Positions 39,324 to 49,006 of a stretch of 64,000 nt of DNA are shown in pieces. A program made the position numbers and the translations under genes. Location: positions 49,847 to 113,846 of the IMG/VR virus record IMGVR_UViG_3300035438_000194. One strand, given 5' to 3'. The notes under the pieces are model-generated. The model was not told the DNA's origin and searched no databases. It saw only the letters and a program-made list of their open reading frames with translations. How positions within the stretch are numbered: position 1 is the stretch's first letter; every line of letters begins with the position of its first letter. The DNA comes from a virus.

Positions 39324-39826
39324 TAATATCCTTTATCTCCGTTAGTATTATAATTGATCTTGTCTATATCATGATCACTACCATTCTTAGCCATACTGAC
39401 CAAGCCTAGCATGTCCGTGTTCTTAGTGTAGTCACTAGTCCACATGGATAATCTGTCTACAGACTTATTATATTGTTTAGCTTTAGCATATGCTTCTTTA
39501 AGCTTACAATGTCTTTCAGCTTTTTGATTCAGCATTGCCTCTAGTAAGATAAGATAGTTAATCACATCTCCAATCTTCTCAGATACTACAGCTGTATCAG
39601 CTGATTTATTCTCAGCTACAATATCTTTAATAGAAACAAGATGCTTAGTCATGTAGCTCCAGAGAACTTCAGCTGATGTGCTGTGGAGGGAAAATCCCCC
39701 CGCAGCTTCATCAAAGTTTCTGAATACATTATCATCTTTAGCGTACTCTTTATGCTTAGTAAGTAAAGTTTGACGTACTAAATCAATACGTTTCTCTACT
39801 CTTTTACTAAATTCTTCTCTTGTCAT
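39323..39826 (-). CDS. Nucleotide-modification-associated (DUF1599/Nmad1-like) all-alpha protein
   Basis: KHKEYA...FRNF...KH...IGDVINYLILL pattern. Confidence 0.5.
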   Translation of the reverse strand: MTREEFSKRVEKRIDLVRQTLLTKHKEYAKDDNVFRNFDEAAGGFSLHSTSAEVLWSYMTKHLVSIKDIVAENKSADTAVVSEKIGDVINYLILLEAMLNQKAERHCKLKEAYAKAKQYNKSVDRLSMWTSDYTKNTDMLGLVSMAKNGSDHDIDKINYNTNGDKGY

Positions 39827-40848
39827 AAGTCTGGTAATTCAAATGTGGGTAAGTCTGAGTCACCAAAGTTAAAGAATTCTTCATCAGGATCAGCAATACC
39901 TTCAGCAGTTTTTTGCTCTAAGCTATTATCAATAGCCATTTGCTCTTGAACTTCTACAGGTACTTCCATTAAAAGACTTAAGTCATCTTCTATAACATCA
40001 GTAGGACCAGTGAGTACTGGTCTAGTTGCTTCAGCTATTGCCTCAAACAAATCCAGTTGGTTAGCGGGTTGTACGTCCTCCTGTACAGAATTCTGTACAA
40101 GTTCAATAGGAAGATCTATTTGCGTAAGTGCGGCTAACGCAAAGTAACTGTTAATAAACTTATGGGTATTTGCTTGATCCTCAAACCAACATTTAGGATG
40201 AGACATACGTAAAGCTGTAGCCACAGAGTTGTAAAAGTTCCAGGCATTGTCCCACGTTACGTTATCTAATAAGATAACTTTGTTCATTATATTATCAGCT
40301 ATAGAAGTCATTTGGTAAGTACTGATAATCTTCTCATCAATATACATACGGCCAACCAACTCTGAATAAGTTTTAGCAGTAGCTGTTTGATTAATAAGAA
40401 TATCTCTTGATGCAAGTAAGTCAGCATAGTGTACGTTAGCCATGTTAAGCTGAGTCTGAATCATTTGGATAGCTTCTTCATCAGCCTTACCTGTATGCTT
40501 TCTACCATAGCTAGATAGGTTACCAGCAAAGATATAGTTACCAGTTTTTGGTATATATACACCAACACCACACTTAAACCTCATAGACTTATCATATGAG
40601 TTACCCCATACAAACATCATCTTCATATCAGGATCTGTACCCTGATCTAAAACATACATTCCGTTTGCAATATCACCGCCTCTAGTAGCACGGTATAATT
40701 CTGTTTCTACATTAAAGCCACGCTTAGCAAGTTCTTCATGAACTTTATCTATAATTGATTTGTGGCTTATAGGTGTATAACGCCCCCCGTGATTGGGGAG
40801 CGCTATACTTTCTAAATAACTTCTAGTACTACTTGTAATCTTACTCAT
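39823..40848 (-). CDS. DUF932/DUF945-like protein
   Basis: YTPISH...NSYDKS...KHTG motifs; acidic tail. Confidence 0.6.
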   Translation of the reverse strand: MSKITSSTRSYLESIALPNHGGRYTPISHKSIIDKVHEELAKRGFNVETELYRATRGGDIANGMYVLDQGTDPDMKMMFVWGNSYDKSMRFKCGVGVYIPKTGNYIFAGNLSSYGRKHTGKADEEAIQMIQTQLNMANVHYADLLASRDILINQTATAKTYSELVGRMYIDEKIISTYQMTSIADNIMNKVILLDNVTWDNAWNFYNSVATALRMSHPKCWFEDQANTHKFINSYFALAALTQIDLPIELVQNSVQEDVQPANQLDLFEAIAEATRPVLTGPTDVIEDDLSLLMEVPVEVQEQMAIDNSLEQKTAEGIADPDEEFFNFGDSDLPTFELPDL

Positions 40849-42851
40849 TAGAATAAACTTAGTTGTGATTTCTCTTTCTTCTTACTGATCTTCTCAATTT
40901 CCTTATATACCTGATCCAGGTAGTAGTCATCGTTCACATCATATAAGTTCCAGGTTTTATTTTCATACAGATTAAACTCGGTCTGCATCCACTTACCTGC
41001 CTCTACTTGTACCTCTCTTCCGTCTGCAGAATTCACCTTGATGATCTTACAGCCTTTGTTAGAAATATAGTAACGCACAATACCTTGGAGCTCCTTGTTG
41101 AATCGTTGACCTTTAGCAAAACAGGTCTCTAGGAAAAACCAATCACCTTTTCTTTTAACACCTTTACAATAGTCAAAGATGCTGCGGTTCTCTTGAATGA
41201 ACTTCTCAGGAACCACATCTTTTACAAAATAATTATAAATAGCTTTGGGTACTATAAGGGCGGACTTATTCTTGTGTAAAGCTAAATCGCTGAACTCAAA
41301 TCTGCCTTTACACTTGGTAGCATTGTAATAATACTTACCATCCTTCATTGTGTAAACATAGTGAGGAGTCTTCTTCTTCATAGCCTCATAGTCCTCATAG
41401 CTTACCTCTTTAGATTTAAGTACAGCGATATAGTTATTCACATCACCAATGATCATCTTCTCATACTCATCATGCTCTAACTGTAACATGGTCATATCTT
41501 CCCACTTCTTGCACGTATCAAGATATACATCTCTCATGTGTGCAGGAATCATCATCTCAAGACCATCAGTATTTTGCATGAGTGGTATGCTACCAGGGAT
41601 AGCATCTGACAACATCTCATAGAGCATTGCCAAACTCAGCTGACCATTAATAGTAATACGCATAGTAAACTCTGGATCATACAGAAAACTATTCTCATCA
41701 TTACTTAAACCATAAGTACTGTTAAGAATAATCTTGTATACGTAGTTCTTTGGATCCTTCTTAGGTATCTTCTTTCTCTCATCAAAGAACCACTCGTACT
41801 GCTCACAGAATTCTTTCTGCGGGATATGTTCAGGTGACCACTTGTTTCTGATAGCAAGGTTAGGATAGAAACTAGTAACGTCAGACGTCATTATTATCAT
41901 ACCATCCTTAGCCTCATACACACCAGCTTTAGTAGCCCCATGCACACCACCCAGACCAAAATCGGTTTTTACACCTTTATGAGTAATTGAATACTTAAAT
42001 CCACCCTTTGTCTCACCAGTATTTATAATCAGAGATTTAAACTTCTCATGAATATTTATAAACTCTTTACGTTTAAACGTGATATATGGTAGTATGATAT
42101 CAGCTACCACAATCTGTTCCCTAGGAGTTCTCATCTGCTTAAGATCAAACTTACTTATACAAGTCTTCTTACTCAAGAAATAAAGGAATAACTCCTTAGA
42201 TATCTTAGGCTCGGAAGCACTCATTAAGTTAATCTTGTACTCAGCTGTTAACGTTTTCCTCAACATGATCTGCTCCTGACTAAGCTCCATAATACGCTTA
42301 GTAGCAGCAACGTCATTCACACAATAGTTAACAATAGTATCAATCTCTTGCATGGTTTGGACATACGTGCTATGATGTATAGGCATATCACGTACATTGT
42401 CCCAATCCATAGAGAACTCAATCCACTTAAGACTAGACCGTTTAGCGGGATTATCCCAGTGATTCAACCTGAAGACATCAAGCTGTGGAATCTGTAGAGC
42501 CCTTTCAGGAAACTCTGGAAACTCCCCAGCATTAGATAGTTCTATAACATGTTGAGCCTGTAGATAAATAGTGTGAGCAATCCTCTCAGGTTCCATCTCA
42601 CTTAGCTCATCACCTTCCCGCAAAAGAAACTCAGTTATCTGAGCATCAAAGTTTAAACCGTTGTATGATATATGATACTCACCCACATAGTCATCATGAG
42701 ACTTATGCTCATGTATAAATCTAAGGAATGCATCATAATCATTACGGAGACTATGAACTACAAATACTTTGGTTTCTCCAGTCTTATACTCAGTAAATAC
42801 GGCAGTAAAGCAATTGATTAAGGTTTCATAATCCATTACCCAATGGGCCAT
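40848..42851 (-). CDS. polB: Family B DNA polymerase
   Basis: Exonuclease motifs DYE, YNGLNFD, YCVND; polymerase motifs DVTSFYP, KIILNSTYG, NTDG. Confidence 0.92.
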   Translation of the reverse strand: MAHWVMDYETLINCFTAVFTEYKTGETKVFVVHSLRNDYDAFLRFIHEHKSHDDYVGEYHISYNGLNFDAQITEFLLREGDELSEMEPERIAHTIYLQAQHVIELSNAGEFPEFPERALQIPQLDVFRLNHWDNPAKRSSLKWIEFSMDWDNVRDMPIHHSTYVQTMQEIDTIVNYCVNDVAATKRIMELSQEQIMLRKTLTAEYKINLMSASEPKISKELFLYFLSKKTCISKFDLKQMRTPREQIVVADIILPYITFKRKEFINIHEKFKSLIINTGETKGGFKYSITHKGVKTDFGLGGVHGATKAGVYEAKDGMIIMTSDVTSFYPNLAIRNKWSPEHIPQKEFCEQYEWFFDERKKIPKKDPKNYVYKIILNSTYGLSNDENSFLYDPEFTMRITINGQLSLAMLYEMLSDAIPGSIPLMQNTDGLEMMIPAHMRDVYLDTCKKWEDMTMLQLEHDEYEKMIIGDVNNYIAVLKSKEVSYEDYEAMKKKTPHYVYTMKDGKYYYNATKCKGRFEFSDLALHKNKSALIVPKAIYNYFVKDVVPEKFIQENRSIFDYCKGVKRKGDWFFLETCFAKGQRFNKELQGIVRYYISNKGCKIIKVNSADGREVQVEAGKWMQTEFNLYENKTWNLYDVNDDYYLDQVYKEIEKISKKKEKSQLSLF

Positions 42852-42852
42852 A

Positions 42853-43266
42853 TTACTTTACGATATTAAGTTCACTAGGAAATTCTGATGTTGGTTCTTC
42901 TGCAGGTACCATATCCAAGTAAGTCTTGAAGTCATAAGTATCAGCATTACCAGCAAAGTGTTTGATGAAAGCTTCAATATCAGAACGCTCTTCCAAATAG
43001 TATTCTTGGAATGTTTCAATAGTTCTACGCTCTTGTTTAATTGGAGAACCATCACGTCCTGGAGTCTTACGCATTTCTGCGTCACCGTTAGGATCTAGCT
43101 TAGGCATCATATGGAAAATGTCCTTCTTTACTGCACCGATAGCAGCTAATACTTTCATATCAGTATCATAGATAGCCTCAACATATGGGCAGTCTGCAGT
43201 TGTTGGGATCAATTTAAAAGTCTTACCATTCTTCCAGGTAGACGTAATTAACATCATGTTATTCAT
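42853..43266 (-). CDS. Hypothetical protein
   Basis: 137-aa ORF tiled in the operon. Confidence 0.6.
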   Translation of the reverse strand: MNNMMLITSTWKNGKTFKLIPTTADCPYVEAIYDTDMKVLAAIGAVKKDIFHMMPKLDPNGDAEMRKTPGRDGSPIKQERRTIETFQEYYLEERSDIEAFIKHFAGNADTYDFKTYLDMVPAEEPTSEFPSELNIVK

Positions 43267-43285
43267 ATTGGTTTTTTTAATGTGG

Positions 43286-43846
43286 TCAAATATAGTCTAA
43301 AAACTGAATCTGCTTTACCTCACTTAACAGATTTTCTTTATTGAAATCTGGAGGAGAACATAACTGTCCTACTTCTTTAAGTACCTCTACAGGTACAGCA
43401 AGATGGTTGGCATATGTTTCATAATACTTCTCAGGATATAGGTAGCTTGTGATAAGGTTATGATTACTTATGTTACCTTCAAAGAATTTGAGAATTGTCT
43501 TCTTCTTATCATCAGGAAACTTAGCATACTTACCTTTTGCAAACAAATCCCATACAGCTCCTTCATTAGTATAATCAAACAAGTAAGCGCCCTTGTTATC
43601 AGGAAGCTCATAGAAGCTAGAGAACTTAGGATTACCCAGCAGTTTGGTTCTTTCAAACAACTTAAAGTCATCCTCTTCACTTAGCTCATATACGCAGATT
43701 AACTTCTTATCCTGTACTTCAGATATACCTGTCCAAGATACATAGCTCTCTATTGGCGTGATGCTAACACCGCGCCTGATACCTAGGAATGGATAGAGAA
43801 ACATTCTAGATTTTTGTGTGTACTTAGTATACAAGGATTTTATCAT
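43286..43846 (-). CDS. Hypothetical protein
   Basis: 186-aa ORF tiled in the operon. Confidence 0.6.
   Translation of the reverse strand: MIKSLYTKYTQKSRMFLYPFLGIRRGVSITPIESYVSWTGISEVQDKKLICVYELSEEDDFKLFERTKLLGNPKFSSFYELPDNKGAYLFDYTNEGAVWDLFAKGKYAKFPDDKKKTILKFFEGNISNHNLITSYLYPEKYYETYANHLAVPVEVLKEVGQLCSPPDFNKENLLSEVKQIQFLDYI
43287..43294 (-). promoter_or_regulatory. Bacteroidota-type -7 promoter box TATATTTG
   Basis: Exact TAnnTTTG about 20 nt upstream of the 43266 ATG, followed by an A-rich leader. Confidence 0.45.
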
Positions 43847-43853
43847 AAGATTT

Positions 43854-44822
43854 TTACAGTATTACATTACCTACCTCATACTCATAAGGTAAGTTATATT
43901 TTCTATTTGTGTAATGATAGTCTGCAATTTTCATTACCTCATCAAGCTTATCCATCCAGCTATTAAGAGTTACAGTACTAACTTCAAATGCATAACACTG
44001 GGTGAGTTTGTCAACCACTATGAAATGAAACTTAATCTTGTAATTACTTAAGCTATAGTTAGCTCTTACTAATCTACAGTACACTGCAGCTTGCAACCAA
44101 TACTTGTAATACTCTATAGTCTCTGGGAAATCTTGTAGCAGTTTTCCGCTGGTCTTGAGATCATTAATATAAATCACTTTGGCGTCATGATCAATGTTAA
44201 TGTTATCTACAAAACCTCTAAGACCAAAGCCATACTGTGTATCCATTACAAGTGGCACCTCACTCTGACTATAGGGACCCCCTATATTGAGTAAGCTTGT
44301 AATCTTCTCATTAGATCTAACGATCTCAGCATAACCTTTTACTTTATTCAGGGTGTCTTCATCTATAACAGCTTTGTCACCCTTTGTAGTCAAGAAGTTA
44401 TAGTAACTTATACTTGCGTCAGTAACTACCTTCTCAACTCTTTGTGCATCAGTCTTGAGACTCTGATACAGATTGATCTCCTTTAATATATCAAGGATCT
44501 CAAACTCATTCTGCTCCAAAGATAAATCAAGATTGTTATTTACCAAAGCCCTTACAAAGACTTTATCAACAACATTCTTAATGCTGTCACCCGGTAAGTT
44601 AACCGGGGACACCACATACTTATCATGAAACTTATCTTCCTCTAGGAGAAGACAGTGAAGCAGGCTACCTTCAATCAGGTGCTGCTCCATCTTGTCCTCT
44701 CTTTGGTTTAAGATGTAATGCTTATAGAAAGCACTTGGGGCAAACAATAACTTGTTAAACCCGGAATAACTAAAGTGAAACTTCTTCTTGTAGAAGTTCT
44801 CCTCCGCTTGGAAATCTATCAT
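43854..44822 (-). CDS. PD-(D/E)XK exonuclease (RecE/ExoVIII-like)
   Basis: SYS...GSLLHC...E...RGFVD...DLKT...YWLQAAVY. Confidence 0.8.
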   Translation of the reverse strand: MIDFQAEENFYKKKFHFSYSGFNKLLFAPSAFYKHYILNQREDKMEQHLIEGSLLHCLLLEEDKFHDKYVVSPVNLPGDSIKNVVDKVFVRALVNNNLDLSLEQNEFEILDILKEINLYQSLKTDAQRVEKVVTDASISYYNFLTTKGDKAVIDEDTLNKVKGYAEIVRSNEKITSLLNIGGPYSQSEVPLVMDTQYGFGLRGFVDNINIDHDAKVIYINDLKTSGKLLQDFPETIEYYKYWLQAAVYCRLVRANYSLSNYKIKFHFIVVDKLTQCYAFEVSTVTLNSWMDKLDEVMKIADYHYTNRKYNLPYEYEVGNVIL

Positions 44823-45903
44823 CTTGCTTGTTTAAAAGTTTATCTACCTTGACTTGAACCTCAGCGGTTAATCTAACATCTACAACCTCATAGTTACTAC
44901 TAAAAGTTCTAGACTCTTCTAATATACTAGCCTTAATAGTATCCAATAGTTCTTGGGTCAGTAACCCCTTCTCTATAGATACATCTAAGATAGCATCCTT
45001 ATCCCAGCGGTACTTGCTATAACCAAGCCAGTTGAGTAAAGACTTAAAGGCTACACTTGTTCTATACTTCTGATTATAAATAGTGTTGCTACCAAATTCC
45101 TCAAGTAGTAATGCCAAGTATACAAAGCTTTTCTCATAGTTACATCCGGCCATAATGGTCATAGCAACTAAGTGATTATCCTTGTCCATACTTTTAAGCA
45201 TGGTTCGGATAGAATCAAATGCATCCCTATCAATAACGGTATCACCAATTAAGTTATTAAACTCTTCTTGTGAATAAACATTACTGAAGTTCTTAGCGTC
45301 TAAGAAGTAATCATCTGTTACTGTTGATATCCAACTACCAGACATATTGCCACTATAAAATGACATACTACTTAGAATAGATCTGTTATTATAACCACTA
45401 GTCTTAGCAGGATTGTTATGGTTATTTATATAAAAAGATTCTACAAGAGCCTTATTTATAATAACATAGTTACCTTTATAGTTATTAATAATATCAGTAA
45501 GATGTTGCTTATCAGCACCTCTTAGAAACCCATTAATAAAAGGTATCATATCACTTGTTTCTACATAATACATATGATCTTTGCGTATACCTGACTCTAC
45601 AGAATCAGTACATGCAATAATAACATCTGCAGTAGCTCTATCCCTAACAGTTTTAATCTTTCTCTCCTCCAAGAAAGGCTTGGCCTTATCTCTAGGAATA
45701 CTGCACTTAGGTGCAAAGTATATTGTTTTTACATTAGTAAGATCTAATTTCTTACCCTCAACACTTTGTTTAAAAGGTTTAAGATAATTAGTATCATTCC
45801 AGCGGTGATAAGTAAATGTACCATCAGGGTCTATTAATACATTGCTGGTTACAAGTTCTAACTGATTATTAATAACCGTTAGCGTTAGTTGTTCTTTTAT
45901 CAT
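44770..45903 (-). CDS. Hypothetical protein, BRCT-like segment plus shared helical domain (paralog A)
   Basis: IYFAPKCSIPR...ADVII; VIDRDAFDSIRTMLKS...CNYEKS is shared with the neighbouring gene. Confidence 0.55.
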   Translation of the reverse strand: MIKEQLTLTVINNQLELVTSNVLIDPDGTFTYHRWNDTNYLKPFKQSVEGKKLDLTNVKTIYFAPKCSIPRDKAKPFLEERKIKTVRDRATADVIIACTDSVESGIRKDHMYYVETSDMIPFINGFLRGADKQHLTDIINNYKGNYVIINKALVESFYINNHNNPAKTSGYNNRSILSSMSFYSGNMSGSWISTVTDDYFLDAKNFSNVYSQEEFNNLIGDTVIDRDAFDSIRTMLKSMDKDNHLVAMTIMAGCNYEKSFVYLALLLEEFGSNTIYNQKYRTSVAFKSLLNWLGYSKYRWDKDAILDVSIEKGLLTQELLDTIKASILEESRTFSSNYEVVDVRLTAEVQVKVDKLLNKQDDRFPSGGELLQEEVSL

Positions 45904-45905
45904 AA

Positions 45906-47015
45906 TTAAAAAGGTAATGGAGCTTCAGGTTTAGGCTCTTCTTTAGGAGCCCTCTCCTGTAAATACTCAGTGTATGTCTTAATACAAAATGCTTCTATCC
46001 TAAAGAACTTTTGATCATCTCTAGCAAGACCTGCATTTAGATCATGAAGTTTATCATTCACCATGCGGTCATAGTTATCCTCGGTAAGATAACCGTGATC
46101 ATAGAAATGCTTAATGTCTTTAGGAAACTCTAGTTGTTTAATTCTATATGAATCAATCTTAGCGTCAAATACTTTCCAGTTAGTATTACTCATATGATGC
46201 TGGAGATCATAGTAGTGATCCTCAAACAAGCGGTAGATATAATACATTGAATCCTTATAGTTACAATTGTATACCATCTCTGCAGCAACGCGCTTATCAT
46301 CACTGCTGCTACTGAGCATAGAGTGTAGAGCATTATACATATCCTCATCTATAACCAAGCGCTCAATAGAATCAAAGATAAGATCTTCATCTACTACTGG
46401 TACTTTCTTAGCGAGTATCTGATATATTATCTCTACAGTTCTTGCAGGTAATAAGTTATATTGTACATCGTTACCATGCAATGCTGACCAAGAATCATAA
46501 TAGTGGTAGTATCTTTTTGAGAATAATACTGCTTTCTCGTCATCCCCTACAAACTCAAATCTTGATATATATGCTGTAAGTTTTGCCTTAGCAAATGCAT
46601 CAGGTAAAACATAGGTATAACAACTAACACCTGAACATATAAGATTATCAGGAACCTGTTGATTCTGATTACCAGTACTCTTTACATTCTTATGGCTAAT
46701 AAAGAAATCTGCTTTAGCAGGATCAGTAGTAATAGTAAACCCAGAGATCTTAGCAATATCCTTTAATTGACCAACAGTATATTTACAACCGGGTATAACA
46801 TACCCTTTAGACTTAGGAGCTAGAGAAGGTAGCGCACCCCCTTTCAGGAGTGCACTAATCTTTTCTACTGAGTCTTCTTCTACACTATACATCCACGTAT
46901 CTTCTCTAGGTTTGTCGCCTTTACCTAAAGACACATAGCGGTACTTACCTTGAATAAACGGTAACTGTTTCAGCATTACATCTGTAACATTACCTAGACT
47001 CAAATCCATCTTCAT
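45906..47015 (-). CDS. Hypothetical protein, BRCT-like segment plus shared helical domain (paralog B)
   Basis: YVIPGCKYT...ADFFI; VIDEDMYNALHSMLSS...CNYKDS. Confidence 0.55.
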   Translation of the reverse strand: MKMDLSLGNVTDVMLKQLPFIQGKYRYVSLGKGDKPREDTWMYSVEEDSVEKISALLKGGALPSLAPKSKGYVIPGCKYTVGQLKDIAKISGFTITTDPAKADFFISHKNVKSTGNQNQQVPDNLICSGVSCYTYVLPDAFAKAKLTAYISRFEFVGDDEKAVLFSKRYYHYYDSWSALHGNDVQYNLLPARTVEIIYQILAKKVPVVDEDLIFDSIERLVIDEDMYNALHSMLSSSSDDKRVAAEMVYNCNYKDSMYYIYRLFEDHYYDLQHHMSNTNWKVFDAKIDSYRIKQLEFPKDIKHFYDHGYLTEDNYDRMVNDKLHDLNAGLARDDQKFFRIEAFCIKTYTEYLQERAPKEEPKPEAPLPF

Positions 47016-48208
47016 TATTTAACAGCGATAGCTGCGATTTGTGGGTTTAACATAAGCTTTGTGAACTTAATCTTGTTGCCGTTTAAGATACCCTTGATAA
47101 GAGCATACTTAAGGTCATTGGTGAATATCTCTTTATCAGTGATAAAGTTAGTGATACGGTCAATGATCTTCTGATCTACTGTGTTATCAGTAGAGAAGTG
47201 AACAGCATAGTTAGTGAAACGCAATGCCATAATACTAGCAATGTCTGCACGGTATGCATCATCTTTACCAATAGTACCCATCAATTGACCCTTGATATAT
47301 TCCCAGCTGTTGTTAGTCAACATATCTTTAGGGGTAACCAATTTGTCAAGCTTGTTATTGATGAATGTAGTAAACAAAGTAGCAAACTCGCTACCAACAC
47401 TACCCTCACCAATCATTTGGATCAACGGCAAGCTCTCCTCAAAGTTCTCAATGCTAGAGATACTGTTGAAGAAAGTAGTAATACTACGAGCATTAGTTGT
47501 CTGTGTAACCAACTCAGGATGCATCAACAAAAAGTTAATACAACGAGAGTCAATCTCATTTTGCTCAGCCCAACGAGCCCAGCAATCTGAATCAAACTTT
47601 AAGTAAGCTGTGATAAAGCGAGTCTTCTGAGCAGCATCCATAGATGTTACTTGATAGTCACCATTATCAGGATTACTAGTCAATACAATATGCCAGTTCT
47701 TAGGAAGCTCCCATGAGATATACTTCTGACGGTCAATCAATTCCATTGCAGCCTGAGTAAATCTTTGGTCAGCACGGCTGTAGTCATCTAAGATTAAGAT
47801 ACCACCTTGCTCCTTACCTTGAATCCACTCTGGAGTTGCATAACCCATACGCTTCTCACCACTAGGAACATACTTGTTCTGAATATACATAGGCATGATG
47901 TTCTCAGGTACCCACTTGGCTACCTTCTTGCCATCATCTGTAGTTTTAATTACTTCAAATTCCTTAATTGGAAAACCGGTAAGGTCACCAAGCTCCTCGA
48001 TCTGAGCAAGGTTTAACTTAACTACATCTAGTCCTAGCTCTTTACCAATCTGCAATATAGTAGTGGTCTTACCAATACCTGCCTCACCCTCAATGTTTAC
48101 AGCTACTGGAATCTTTCCGTTAGCTTGGATATGCTGATTGTTCTTTACAATGTGTCCGATGAATTCTTTTAGTTCATCTGTGTTTAAGTTAACTTGATTT
48201 GCGCTCAT
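47015..48208 (-). CDS. MoxR-like AAA+ ATPase
   Basis: Walker A GEAGIGKT, Walker B ILILDD, TSNP, MDAAQKTRF, NARS. Confidence 0.8.
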   Translation of the reverse strand: MSANQVNLNTDELKEFIGHIVKNNQHIQANGKIPVAVNIEGEAGIGKTTTILQIGKELGLDVVKLNLAQIEELGDLTGFPIKEFEVIKTTDDGKKVAKWVPENIMPMYIQNKYVPSGEKRMGYATPEWIQGKEQGGILILDDYSRADQRFTQAAMELIDRQKYISWELPKNWHIVLTSNPDNGDYQVTSMDAAQKTRFITAYLKFDSDCWARWAEQNEIDSRCINFLLMHPELVTQTTNARSITTFFNSISSIENFEESLPLIQMIGEGSVGSEFATLFTTFINNKLDKLVTPKDMLTNNSWEYIKGQLMGTIGKDDAYRADIASIMALRFTNYAVHFSTDNTVDQKIIDRITNFITDKEIFTNDLKYALIKGILNGNKIKFTKLMLNPQIAAIAVK

Positions 48209-48212
48209 ACTC

Positions 48213-48944
48213 TTAGTTTAATTTAATTAAATAACCTTTGCAGGTTTTGTTTTTCTTAGCAGCCTGGTGTATAGATTGTACACTAACTTTTAATAAGAAT
48301 GCTGCTTCATTTATACTTTTTACAGTTAATGTTTCTGTATCAGAAACTAAAATGATTTTTTTATACTTTACATTACTAGGTTTCTTAGGAGCTTTAGCTT
48401 TAAGTTTCTTAACTTTTTTAAAGCTCCACATATAACCGCCCAATGTTTTAGTATTTCCAATAGATGTTTTATGCATTGTCTTACCGTTTAAACCAACAGC
48501 TAATGCTGCAGCTTTTAATGTTGGGTAAGATGCTACATATACACCCTCTTTTGTATACTGATGAATAGTTCTAGATGCATGGTTATCCTCACCAAGCCTT
48601 TTACCGGTATTAGCAATAGAAAGTTTTAACTTAGTTGCTTCACTTTTTATTCGTGATATAGGGTCTTGCTCAACATTTATGTTAGGTTTTAAGCAAGCTA
48701 TATAATGGGCTTCCCTTTCAACATAGTTATCACAAAACTCTAATACACAACAGTTTAAACTTTCTTCTCCATACTTAGAATAGACTCTTTGTAGATGCTG
48801 ATTGTAATGCTTACACCGCTTTAAAGAGTTCTTATGTTCCTTAAGACGTATGTAAATATTCTTACTGCTTCCTACATAGTAATGACCATTACCATACATC
48901 ATATAAACACCTGCTTTATTCTTTAAATCATAACTTATCTTCAT
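48213..48944 (-). mobile_element. Free-standing GIY-YIG homing endonuclease gene with NUMOD-type DNA-binding repeats
   Basis: GVY...YVGSSKNIYIRL..H; SEATKLKLS (NUMOD3-like); IHQYTKEG...AA and SINEAA..L..S..SI (NUMOD1-like); more AT-rich than its flanks; interrupts the vWA-MoxR pair. Confidence 0.8.
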
Positions 48945-49006
48945 AATCTTTTTTTATAAAGATAAGTAACAATAAGTTATAATCCTAGTAGGACCTCAAA
49001 TTTAAA

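Noticed and set aside
48213-49006. Group I intron housing the GIY-YIG gene
   Set aside because: Both flanking genes are complete, and only about 60 nt of non-coding sequence is present, too little for a ribozyme core.
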